A stretch of 32,000 nt of DNA, taken from Nitrososphaerota archaeon. GTDB taxonomy: Archaea; Thermoproteota; Nitrososphaeria; Nitrososphaerales; UBA57. Shown here one piece after another: positions 1 to 7,869 of this stretch. The notes under the pieces were generated by a model. The model saw only the letters and a list, made by a program, of their open reading frames with translations, had not been told where the DNA came from and did not search any database. Both the position numbers and the translations under genes were made by a program. Every line of letters starts with the position of its first letter. The stretch's first letter is position 1. The stretch lies in assembly GCA_002713205.1 (NCBI GenBank), contig PAVW01000020.1, positions 1 through 32,000 of the forward strand. Reading direction: 5' to 3'.

Positions 1-2204
1 ATCCAGGAGGTCCTCCCGCCGCTGGAGGAATACCAAAAATAGTAACCGGTAACTGGGAATGGATTAATTACCAACCAACAGGTGGTAGTTATAGTCCACA
101 ATTTGAAATAAATCATGAAAATGTCCAGTACTTGGGGTTAAACTGGATATTTCCATATACTGCAATTGAGAGCCTTTTTCCTAATCAACAGGGAGGCTCT
201 GGCGCACCTGTAATAATTGTTGATGGTGTAGCATATGTTGGTAAAAATAACAGAGCTATACATGCAGTAGATGCAGCTACAGGTAAAGAAGTATGGTTCT
301 CAGATGAACAAAGTAATTTATGGGATCGTACTGCACTACTTGCTGAGTTTCCATTTTTCCAAAGTACTTGGGGACATACACATGGTATGAATTATTACCG
401 TGGTATGGGTGATTCTGGATGGTTAATAACAAGTAATCAACCATGTTTGCTTAGTGCAACAAATGCCGCTGACGGTTCTATCGCATGGCAAATGGGGGTA
501 GAACAACTCTGTGGTACCACAGCTGAATATGGCAATCCTGAAGAAGGTATAATTGGAAGCTTTGGAAGCAAAGGCCGAATATCTGGCCAATCTAATCATC
601 CTCCTAACTTCCATGGAGACATCATGGTATGGCCTATAATGGGTGCTAGTGGTGGAGGCGGTCGTTCTTCTGTAAAAGGTTTTGATATGAGTGATCCAAA
701 TAATCCAACAGAACTTTGGCGCACTTGGTTGATGCCTGATATGAGAGGCACTGATCCGGATTGGGCAATTACTCAATGTGATATTGTCGATGGTAATGGC
801 TGGTACTTCTCTGCACCTGACTTCTTTGAATCAGGAACACTTGCAATAAACTGTGCAGATGTGCCTGACGATGTTGTTAGAAATGATTGGATAAATATGA
901 AAGAAGGCACTCCTCATTTCGGTGAGGTTCATACTGCAAGTGCTATGTCAGTTGTTTGGGGTAACATGCCAATAGATCCTGCAACTGGTATTATATACAT
1001 TGGAACTGGTGACGTTGGACCATATACTAATTCATCATATAAATACGGACCAAATCTCTATGGAAGTGCTATAGTTGCTATAGACTCTACGACCGGTGAC
1101 ATAGTTTGGTGGTTCCATTCAAATCCACACGATCTCTGGGACTGGGACTGTTCTTGGGGTGGATTAATAGCAAAGGCACAAGGAACTAATGTTCTAATAA
1201 TGGGATGTAAGAATGGCATGGCTTATGCACTTAATGCCGCTACTGGTGAACCCGTATGGGTCTGGGAAGCTCCAACTACATGGAGAACTGCACCAGGTAC
1301 TAATTACGGCGTTGATGTAAACGGAAATGCAGGAGTCGATGGTGAAGCTTGTTGCCGTATGACAAAGGAACACATGGGTAAGGATTGGTTTAATTTTCCA
1401 GATACAGAACCTGCTATTATGAGTCCTTGGTTAGCCGGTGCACTTGAGTCCGATATGGCCTATAACGGCAAATATCTCTTTGTGGCAAATTACAATGATC
1501 CACGTTGGACTACAACTGAAAACGTGAGAGAGTTTGGTAATCAGGCTACTAACGTTGTGTCAGCTGGACATCCGGTAAATACTACAATTTATGCTGTTGA
1601 TATCAACACTGGCCAAGCTGCTTGGAGCGCATTCATACCTGACTTTGGATTTAGAGGAGGGTTGATGACAACTGGTAATGTACTGTATGGATATGCTGGG
1701 GATGGAAATCTCTATATGTTCAATGCAGATACTGGTGAATTGATCGACACACAATTATTTGGTGTACCTATTAGTGTAATGCCAACAATCGGTGCAGGCG
1801 AAGATGGAAAACACAGAATATTCCTCCATATTGGAGGCGGTGGTGGTTTCCTCTATGCAAGTGGATCAACTGAAGGTTCATTAGCTGCACTTGGATTACC
1901 TGATGTATTCCCAGACGCTGGTGAAATAGTTCAACAACGTGAAGTAATAAGAAACGTTGAGGTAGAAGGTCCAGTACGAGAAATATTCGTTGAAAAGGAA
2001 GTTGAAGTGATACAAGAAGTAGAGAAAATCATTGAACGAGAAGTCGAAGTAGAAGTCGAGAAAATCGTTGAAGTCGAGAAAGAAGTCCAAGTAGAAATAG
2101 TCACTACTGAAGAAGTAATCAGTCCAGTTTCTTATGTTGCAATTGGATTGGGCGTAGTTCTCATAGTAGTCGCTGGTGTACTATTCCAACGAAGTAAAAG
2201 CTAA
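1..2204 (+). CDS. PQQ-dependent (quinoprotein) dehydrogenase-family beta-propeller protein, paralog 1; 5' end cut by window edge; C-terminal E/V-rich stalk and TM anchor
   Basis: The frame of the 132..2204 ORF stays open back to nt 3 (PGGPPAAGGIPKIVTGNWEWINYQPTGGSYSPQFEINHENVQYLGLNW...). That stretch matches the conserved N-terminal motif of the other paralogs, so the TTG at 132 is not the true start. Repeated AxDxxTGxxxW blade motifs (AVDAATGKEVW, AIDSTTGDIVWW, ALNAATGEPVW, AVDINTGQAAW). Core IGTGDVGPY...GPNLYGSAIVAID...HDLWDWDCSW. E/V-rich tail at nt 1938-2117, then ISPVSY-VAIGLGVVLIVVAGVLF-QRSKS. Confidence 0.85.
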   Translation, partial: PGGPPAAGGIPKIVTGNWEWINYQPTGGSYSPQFEINHENVQYLGLNWIFPYTAIESLFPNQQGGSGAPVIIVDGVAYVGKNNRAIHAVDAATGKEVWFSDEQSNLWDRTALLAEFPFFQSTWGHTHGMNYYRGMGDSGWLITSNQPCLLSATNAADGSIAWQMGVEQLCGTTAEYGNPEEGIIGSFGSKGRISGQSNHPPNFHGDIMVWPIMGASGGGGRSSVKGFDMSDPNNPTELWRTWLMPDMRGTDPDWAITQCDIVDGNGWYFSAPDFFESGTLAINCADVPDDVVRNDWINMKEGTPHFGEVHTASAMSVVWGNMPIDPATGIIYIGTGDVGPYTNSSYKYGPNLYGSAIVAIDSTTGDIVWWFHSNPHDLWDWDCSWGGLIAKAQGTNVLIMGCKNGMAYALNAATGEPVWVWEAPTTWRTAPGTNYGVDVNGNAGVDGEACCRMTKEHMGKDWFNFPDTEPAIMSPWLAGALESDMAYNGKYLFVANYNDPRWTTTENVREFGNQATNVVSAGHPVNTTIYAVDINTGQAAWSAFIPDFGFRGGLMTTGNVLYGYAGDGNLYMFNADTGELIDTQLFGVPISVMPTIGAGEDGKHRIFLHIGGGGGFLYASGSTEGSLAALGLPDVFPDAGEIVQQREVIRNVEVEGPVREIFVEKEVEVIQEVEKIIEREVEVEVEKIVEVEKEVQVEIVTTEEVISPVSYVAIGLGVVLIVVAGVLFQRSKS

Positions 2205-2213
2205 ATTAAACAA

Positions 2214-2246
2214 GTTGTCCCATTTGGGACAACTACTATTTTTTTT
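2214..2246. terminator. Hairpin (GTTGTCCC-ATTT-GGGACAAC) plus T8 run between convergent genes; putative terminator
   Basis: Perfect 8-bp stem at 2214-2221 / 2226-2233, starting 9 nt after the paralog 1 stop. T8 at 2239-2246. The same stem sequence recurs after paralog 6 (16960-16978). Confidence 0.5.
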
Positions 2247-2718
2247 CAAGTTTCTTATTTACAGCTTGTGCTATATCTGCCATATTATTCCAATGACTTC
2301 CTTTCCAGTAAATCTTAGAACATTCACAACAACGATAATATTCATAAAATCTTTGAAACGTATTTCTTGGAATTGTTTTTTGTAATTCCTCTTTTCCTAT
2401 TTCCATTAATTCATTATTACATATGGTACATCTTGTTGAAAATTTAGAATCATCTAATGATTGCCAGTTTAATAATTTACCGATCTCAATCAGATTATTC
2501 AAATCTGATTCTTGCATAGTGAGAATTGTCTCTATATTCTTTGATCTGCAGAGCTTGTATAATTCATAATTCGATGTCAAAATTATCCTGTTTTCTTGTA
2601 TTGCAATCTTGATAATTTCATTTTCTCGTATTTGTTTATAATACAAAGTATTAAATCCAAAAAAACGTAGTTTTTTGGCTAGTTTTCCATTCATAGAATC
2701 AACCACAAATTTATTCAT
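2236..2718 (-). CDS. Mut7-C / DUF82 PIN-like RNase domain protein with C-terminal zinc ribbon
   Basis: N-terminal FVVDSMNGKLAKKLRFFGF...RIILTSN resembles the Mut7-C pattern (D.MLG.LA+.LR.LG.D ... R.ILTRD). C-terminal CTICNN...CCECSKIYWKGSHW matches the C..CN ... C..C..(I/V)YW.GSHW motif. Confidence 0.7.
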   Translation of the reverse strand: MNKFVVDSMNGKLAKKLRFFGFNTLYYKQIRENEIIKIAIQENRIILTSNYELYKLCRSKNIETILTMQESDLNNLIEIGKLLNWQSLDDSKFSTRCTICNNELMEIGKEELQKTIPRNTFQRFYEYYRCCECSKIYWKGSHWNNMADIAQAVNKKLEKK

Positions 2719-2749
2719 TATCTAGATTATATTGTTGTTTTACTATAAC

Positions 2750-2758
2750 TTTTAAAAT
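2750..2758 (+). promoter_or_regulatory. TATA-like box (TTTTAAAAT) about 24 nt upstream of the paralog 2 ATG
   Basis: A/T box spacing to the ATG at 2778 is consistent with an archaeal TATA at about -26 and a leaderless or very short-leader mRNA. Motif-only evidence in AT-rich DNA. Confidence 0.3.
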
Positions 2759-2777
2759 CCCGATAAACCTATTAATA

Positions 2778-4931
2778 ATGCAAGGTGAATTTTTCAACGT
2801 GAGCAAAAATCAATTATTTGTCTTAATGTTGTTATTGTTATTTGTTACTATTGCAATTCCTTTTAATTTAATTAATCCATCGCCTTCTGCAGCTGCTCAG
2901 GAACTAACTCGAGAAATGACTAATTGGGATATGATAAATTACAATCAATATGGAACTGGTAATAATCCACAGTCAATAATTAACACTGAAAATGCTGCTG
3001 ATTTACAAATGAAATGGGTATTTCCTTATCCTCCATCGAGTTATCCAAAGATTAATGGTGCAATCAAAACTTATGCTGGTTCAGGTTCTCCTGCTTTAAT
3101 TGTCGATGGTATAACTTATTCAGCTACGAATCAAAGAGCTTTACTTGCAATAGATGCAGAAACTGGAAAACTCATTTGGAATGAAGTTGTGAATTATGAT
3201 AATGATGAAACTATCAAACAATATCCTCATGTTAAAGGAATGTTGCCCCATACTCATGCTGTTAATTATTATGATGACAAAGGAATAATTATTCCAAGTT
3301 TTCAATCATGCCAAATCGATGGCCATGATTCTTTGGTTGGTGATGTTGTATTCCAAGTCTTAGAATTATGTGGAACGGAAGAAGAAGCTAAAGCTTGGGG
3401 AAATAACGGTTATTATGCAAGTATAGGCACTCATCCTCCTCAATTTTTTGAAGATATAATGGTAGTTCCAGTTATGGGTTCGTCTGGAAATGGTGGACGA
3501 TCTTTCATTGCTGGATATGATGTTAGTGATATGGATAATCCCACAAGAGTTTGGCAAACCTTTTTGGTACCTCCATCAGAGGGAGATCCAGAATGGGCGT
3601 TACATGAATGTGACAAGGGATGGTTCTTCTCATTTCCTGAATGGCAAGAATCAGGTCGATTAGCTGTGCCTTGTGGTGAAGTACAATCAGATTGTCTTGA
3701 TTGTTTAATGAATGATTGGATTAATCCTAAAAGTTCTCGTGGATATTTACACACAGCTAGTACTATTGCTACTATTTGGGGTCATTATCTTATTGATCAA
3801 GAGACTGGGATAGTTTATTTGGGAACCGGAGAAAGTGGACCGTATCCAAATGCTGCAAGACGACCAGGAGTGAATTTGTATGGAAGTTCTATTGTAGCTC
3901 TTGATTCTCGTACTGGTGAATTTGTATGGTGGTATCAAAGTCTTCCACATGATATGTGGGATTATGATTGTTCATGGAATGCAGTTCTGGGTGAAGTAAA
4001 TGGCAAGAAAGCTATTTTCAAGGGTTGTAAAAATGGCTTCCTATATGCTTTAGATGCCGCTACTGGTGAACCCTTCTGGATATTTAATCCTCCGAGTTTA
4101 TGGCAACCACAACCTGGAATGGCTTATCCTGATCCAAAGAATTTAGATGATTTAACCCGTGAATGGCCTACTTCACATGTTGGCGAACTAAATTTCTTGA
4201 GTGCAAATTATGCTGGTCAGTTAGAAGCTGATATTGCATATGATAATAATAGAATCTATGTAGGTTCTTACAATATGCCAGTAATGGTTTCATCTCCAGA
4301 ATTTCCTAATGACTTTGGAAATCAACTTGTTATGACACCTACTAATCACCCTACTAATAGCACTATTTATGCAATTGATTCAAATACTGGAGAAATTATT
4401 TGGGAATTCTTTATAGACGGTGCAGGCTTCCGTGGAGGATTGACTGTTTCTGGTGGTGTTTTATATATTCCATCAGGAGATGGTTATCTATATTTACTTA
4501 ATTCTGAAACAGGTGAATTAATATTAAAGAAAGCTTTTGGAACTGGCCTTTGGACTCAAATAACGATTGGAGCTGATGCTTCAGACAATATGAAAGTATT
4601 TGTTCAGACAGGCGGTCAGAGTATTGCATCTTGGGGTCCTACAGGAATTCCTGGTGCACTAATTGCTTTAGGTTTGCCTGATGAAACGGCTATTTCTAAC
4701 GAACTTGTTGTTGCAGCCCCAGCAGATCCCGCAGCCCCAGCAGATCCCGCAGCGCCTGGTGAAGAACGAATCGTTGAAGTTGAAGTAGAGAAAATCGTTG
4801 AAACAGAGACTATTAAAACTCAAACGATTATTAGTCCCTTGTCTTATCTCATGATAATAATTTCCTTTATAATTTTGGTTATTTCTGCTACGTTGTTTGT
4901 AACAAGTGGAAATTGGAAATTTGGTAGCTAA
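2778..4931 (+). CDS. PQQ-dependent dehydrogenase-family beta-propeller protein, paralog 2; signal peptide, Pro/Ala plus E/V stalk, C-terminal TM anchor
   Basis: ATG start. Hydrophobic N-terminus (LFVLMLLLLFVTIAIP). YGTGNNPQSIINTENAADLQMKWVFPYP. Blade motifs AIDAETGKLIW, ALDSRTGEFVWW, ALDAATGEPFW, AIDSNTGEIIW. LGTGESGPY...GVNLYGSSIVALD...HDMWDYDCSW. C-terminus APADPAAPADPAAPGEERIVEVEVEKIVE...ISPLSYLMIIISFIILVISATLF. Confidence 0.9.
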   Translation: MQGEFFNVSKNQLFVLMLLLLFVTIAIPFNLINPSPSAAAQELTREMTNWDMINYNQYGTGNNPQSIINTENAADLQMKWVFPYPPSSYPKINGAIKTYAGSGSPALIVDGITYSATNQRALLAIDAETGKLIWNEVVNYDNDETIKQYPHVKGMLPHTHAVNYYDDKGIIIPSFQSCQIDGHDSLVGDVVFQVLELCGTEEEAKAWGNNGYYASIGTHPPQFFEDIMVVPVMGSSGNGGRSFIAGYDVSDMDNPTRVWQTFLVPPSEGDPEWALHECDKGWFFSFPEWQESGRLAVPCGEVQSDCLDCLMNDWINPKSSRGYLHTASTIATIWGHYLIDQETGIVYLGTGESGPYPNAARRPGVNLYGSSIVALDSRTGEFVWWYQSLPHDMWDYDCSWNAVLGEVNGKKAIFKGCKNGFLYALDAATGEPFWIFNPPSLWQPQPGMAYPDPKNLDDLTREWPTSHVGELNFLSANYAGQLEADIAYDNNRIYVGSYNMPVMVSSPEFPNDFGNQLVMTPTNHPTNSTIYAIDSNTGEIIWEFFIDGAGFRGGLTVSGGVLYIPSGDGYLYLLNSETGELILKKAFGTGLWTQITIGADASDNMKVFVQTGGQSIASWGPTGIPGALIALGLPDETAISNELVVAAPADPAAPADPAAPGEERIVEVEVEKIVETETIKTQTIISPLSYLMIIISFIILVISATLFVTSGNWKFGS
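4713..4756 (+). repeat. GC-rich 18-bp tandem repeat (gcagccccagcagatccc x2 plus partial) encoding the APADPA linker
   Basis: Read directly: 4713-4730 and 4731-4748 are identical. The 26-mer gcagccccagcagatcccgcagcgcc at 4731-4756 recurs exactly at 5118-5143 and 5163-5188 in the next gene. Confidence 0.9.
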
Positions 4932-4943
4932 TGTGTGATTTAT

Positions 4944-5771
4944 ATGGCTACTATTACTAAATCTGATCGCACAAAAATCGCTGGGTTATTTTTTATTATT
5001 GGCATAATAGGAATTGTTGGTATAATTGCTTATCCTACTGTACCGACTTTTGAAGATCGAGTAATAAGTAATGCACCGTCAGCTCCCCGTGGAGAACCTA
5101 GAGAACGTGAAGCACCCGCAGCCCCAGCAGATCCCGCAGCGCCCGCAGCGCCCGCAGCACCCGCAGCCCCAGCAGATCCCGCAGCGCCCGCAGTTCCAGC
5201 TGATCCTTCTAGAGCGGAACCTGCACTTGTACAAATCAGTGATGATCATCCTCAAGCTGAATTATTGCTATCTACAATTGATGAATTTCATTCTGCATTC
5301 GAGTCTCGTGATAGTAGAACAACATTAACTTATTACATAGATGATAAATCTACATATGCAGAATGGAGTGGCCAAGCAGGCGCATTCGCTGGTACTTACA
5401 AAGGATTCTCTAATATTAGGATATTAATTTCAACAATTCTTGGAAATACGTTAGATATTGAAATTGAAATGGTTTCGTATGAAGTTACATATGCTGGAGA
5501 TGAAGCCACTGTTGTTTCTAAATTGGTAAATACTGGTCATGGAAAACTAATTGGCGAATTTTCAATGGAAGTTGATGCTGTAACAAAGTGGGGATTCTCT
5601 GATGGCGAATGGAGAATTATTGATGATCGCTGGTTGTTTACATTTTTTAAAACCGAAGTTGTAGCAGAAGGTACTGTGTTTCCTCTAAAATGGGATAAAA
5701 TTGGTGACTTTAGCATTTTGAAAAATAATGTGCTATTTAGAGATGAAATAAAGTACGTTGCTATTCCGTGA
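4944..5771 (+). CDS. Membrane-anchored protein: N-terminal TM helix, Pro/Ala-rich repeat linker, C-terminal NTF2/SnoaL-like domain (putative)
   Basis: ATG at 4944 (GTG at 4935 is also possible), 13 nt after the paralog 2 stop on the same strand. TM helix IAGLFFIIGIIGIVGIIAY. APAAPADPAAPAAPAAPAAPADPAAPAVPADP linker. C-terminal about 150 aa (LLLSTIDEFHSAFESRDSRTTLTYYIDD...GEWRIIDDRWLF) has the pattern I associate with NTF2-like/SnoaL/DUF4440 folds. The fold call is by eye only. Confidence 0.8.
   Translation: MATITKSDRTKIAGLFFIIGIIGIVGIIAYPTVPTFEDRVISNAPSAPRGEPREREAPAAPADPAAPAAPAAPAAPADPAAPAVPADPSRAEPALVQISDDHPQAELLLSTIDEFHSAFESRDSRTTLTYYIDDKSTYAEWSGQAGAFAGTYKGFSNIRILISTILGNTLDIEIEMVSYEVTYAGDEATVVSKLVNTGHGKLIGEFSMEVDAVTKWGFSDGEWRIIDDRWLFTFFKTEVVAEGTVFPLKWDKIGDFSILKNNVLFRDEIKYVAIP
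5112..5205 (+). repeat. GC-rich 9-bp-period repeat array (gcagcNccc / gcagatccc units) encoding the (P-A-A/D)n linker
   Basis: Read directly. Contains two exact copies (5118-5143, 5163-5188) of the 26-mer also present at 4731-4756. Strong local GC excess relative to the flanks. Confidence 0.9.
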
Positions 5772-5786
5772 TTGTATTTTTAATTA

Positions 5787-7820
5787 TTACACTAGCTTAT
5801 TTTTAATAATATATCCTATGGAAATTCCGATAATTAAAGTTAGAGATAATAACCCTATTAATTCAATTGTAGAAGATGTAAAATCATCTTCTATTATTTT
5901 TGACTCAGTAATTATAACTTTTTCAACTTGTTGATTTTCTTTTACAATCTCTTTTTCTACATTCTTTTCTATATTTGAATTATAATTCTCTGGTAGACCA
6001 TAGGCCAATAAAGCTCCAGGTATTGGTTCTGAACGACCTAGTATTCCTCCTGATCCGATTAATGTGAAAATTTTAATATTACCATCGCTATCTGCTCCTA
6101 ATACAGGTTGTACAGGACATTGATGACCTTGGAATCTTTCCCAAATAAGAATACTGCTCTCTGCATTTAGAGCTCTTATTGTTCCATCTGTAGTACAAAA
6201 TAAAACCATTCCTCCTGAAACAGTAACTCCTCCTCGTATTCCCACATTATCTATGTCATATTTCCAAATCAGTTCTCCTGTTTTTGCATCATGAGCCCAG
6301 ACCGTAGCATTAGCAGCTAGTTCTTGATCAGAATATACTGAGATTCTTCCCCATGAATTTCTCATGGATGGTTCAACTGCTGTAATCTTCTGCAGTGACC
6401 ATTTATGATAAGTTGTAGAAAATAACTTTCCATATGCAAATGTTACATCGGATTCCGCACCTCCTGATTCTTTTCTCCAATTCGGTTCATTATTTGGATA
6501 TGAAACCCATGGCTTATTCATGTCATCCTTATTCATTGGGTCAAGAGCAAAATCAAAATTAGGTTCTGGACCCATACTTCCTCTTTTTACATGTGGATGG
6601 TAATCAGTACTCCATAATAATTCTCCAGTCTCTGCATCCATTGCATAGAGATATGCTCCTTTACATAACTTGAAAACTGTATTAATTCCATCTACATTTG
6701 CTAATACAGTATTCCATGAACAATCCAAGTCACCTAAATCATGTGATACAATTTGATGCCACCAAAGTAAATTACCTGTCTTCGTTTCTATAGCTAAAAC
6801 TGAATTACTGAAAACATTTGGGCCTGGCCTATATGTAGCATTCCAACTTGGAGATGGATTACCAGTTGCTAAGTATGCTACTCCATTATCTTCATCTACT
6901 GCCCATTGGCCCCAACCTATTCCCATATCTCCTTTTCCAAATCCACAATTGTCAGGACATTCACCCCAATCATTTCTCAATATGTTTTCTGGAATCTCAG
7001 TTGCTCTTATTCCTTGAATCCAGCCTTTGTCTGCTACTCTTATAGTCCATTCTGGATCTCCTACATCTTGTGGTGGCATAAGATAAAATGTCCAGAGTAA
7101 TTCTCCTGAATCAAGATTGTAACCTCTGAATGCACCTCTTCCTCCCTCGACTGCTTCTCTACCTCCTGTTCCATAAATCAGAACCCGATTGTTTGTGTCA
7201 AATACTGGACCTGAAGATTGCAAACCTTTGAATAATCCTTCATTTCCTTCCAAATCTTTGCATGTTGGAGTCTTTAATCTAAATTCAATTTCTCCTGTTT
7301 TTGCATTAAGACCAAAAACCTGACAATTCGGCCATGGTGCAAATATCTTATTTTCGGTATAAGAAAAGCTATGAGCATGACTGGATAAAGACGGATCAAA
7401 ATTTAAATTGACCGGTAGATTTCTCTTTGCAATTTCTATATTTACTAAATATGGATCTGCTTGAAATAACCAAATAATTTCTCCAGTTTTTGCATCAATT
7501 GCAGAAATTCTTAGATCCTCCATTCGATTATAAACTATCCCGTCTACAATTATGGGATTTGCAATAGAACCTATTCTTGGTTCTATTCCGTCTATTGATT
7601 CCGGTAATGGCCATGCATGCACCCATTTTAATTCCAAATGGTTTACATTTTCTATATTTATCTGAGTTTGTGGATTAAATCCCGTCGCACGATAATCATA
7701 ATTTGGAGCAACAGAATTAAAACCATTGTCTTCTATTGCATCAGAAAATAATATTTCAGTATTTAGTGAAGTTAAAGCTGAAATAATTAAAATAAAAATT
7801 AATATGCCTACTTTTTGCAC
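5787..7820 (-). CDS. PQQ-dependent dehydrogenase-family beta-propeller protein, paralog 3 (most canonical active-site motifs); C-terminal TM anchor
   Basis: GTG start at 7820. Signal-like VGILIFILIISALTSL. YRATGFNPQTQINIENVNHLELKWVHAW. AIDAKTGEIIW, GLNAKTGEIEF, AMDAETGELLW, AHDAKTGELIW. LATGNPSPSWNATYRPGPNVFSNSVLAIETKTGNLLWWHQIVSHDLGDLDCSW closely parallels the MxaF/XoxF GSGNPAPWN...HDEWD core. C-terminal K/E/V-rich stalk and IELIGLLSLTLIIGISIGYII-KNKLV. Confidence 0.9.
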   Translation of the reverse strand: MQKVGILIFILIISALTSLNTEILFSDAIEDNGFNSVAPNYDYRATGFNPQTQINIENVNHLELKWVHAWPLPESIDGIEPRIGSIANPIIVDGIVYNRMEDLRISAIDAKTGEIIWLFQADPYLVNIEIAKRNLPVNLNFDPSLSSHAHSFSYTENKIFAPWPNCQVFGLNAKTGEIEFRLKTPTCKDLEGNEGLFKGLQSSGPVFDTNNRVLIYGTGGREAVEGGRGAFRGYNLDSGELLWTFYLMPPQDVGDPEWTIRVADKGWIQGIRATEIPENILRNDWGECPDNCGFGKGDMGIGWGQWAVDEDNGVAYLATGNPSPSWNATYRPGPNVFSNSVLAIETKTGNLLWWHQIVSHDLGDLDCSWNTVLANVDGINTVFKLCKGAYLYAMDAETGELLWSTDYHPHVKRGSMGPEPNFDFALDPMNKDDMNKPWVSYPNNEPNWRKESGGAESDVTFAYGKLFSTTYHKWSLQKITAVEPSMRNSWGRISVYSDQELAANATVWAHDAKTGELIWKYDIDNVGIRGGVTVSGGMVLFCTTDGTIRALNAESSILIWERFQGHQCPVQPVLGADSDGNIKIFTLIGSGGILGRSEPIPGALLAYGLPENYNSNIEKNVEKEIVKENQQVEKVIITESKIIEDDFTSSTIELIGLLSLTLIIGISIGYIIKNKLV

Positions 7821-7869
7821 AAATTAAATTTATCATGTCTTCCCTAATAGGTTTAGTGAAAAATTTATT

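Noticed and set aside
423-776. Short ORFs (60-120 aa) antisense to or out of frame with the large genes. Examples: 423-776, 1560-1754, 1896-2090, 2176-2385, 3366-3950, 6848-7100, 7835-8044, 8523-9508, 10107-11581, 12152-12355, 14946-16523, 18170-18829, 20514-20777, 21799-22008, 22811-22999, 24739-24984, 26321-26533, 26995-27192, 29209-29868, 30827-31977.
   Set aside because: All overlap much longer ORFs that have clear family signatures. Their translations are low-complexity or Cys/Ile/Phe-rich without motifs. They are the expected shadow ORFs of AT-rich DNA.
1350-1355. Adjacent Cys-Cys (GEACCRM) in paralog 1, reminiscent of the vicinal disulfide of methanol/alcohol dehydrogenases.
   Set aside because: It lies in the C-terminal half of the propeller, not at the position of the MxaF Cys103-Cys104 pair in the N-terminal third. 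It is absent from the other five paralogs. Equivalence cannot be claimed without a structure.
2118-2204. C-terminal anchors considered as known archaeosortase signals (PGF-CTERM, PEF-CTERM, PEFG-CTERM).
   Set aside because: None of the six tails contains PGF, PEF or PEFG before the TM helix. Only the generic motif-TM-basic layout is shared, so I report a candidate new motif instead of a known class.
5071-5328. 85-aa ORF translating the GC-rich repeat in another frame (PQPQQIPQRPQRPQ...).
   Set aside because: This is an alternative-frame reading of the Pro/Ala linker repeat inside the 4944-5771 gene. The main frame continues into a structured domain and is preferred.
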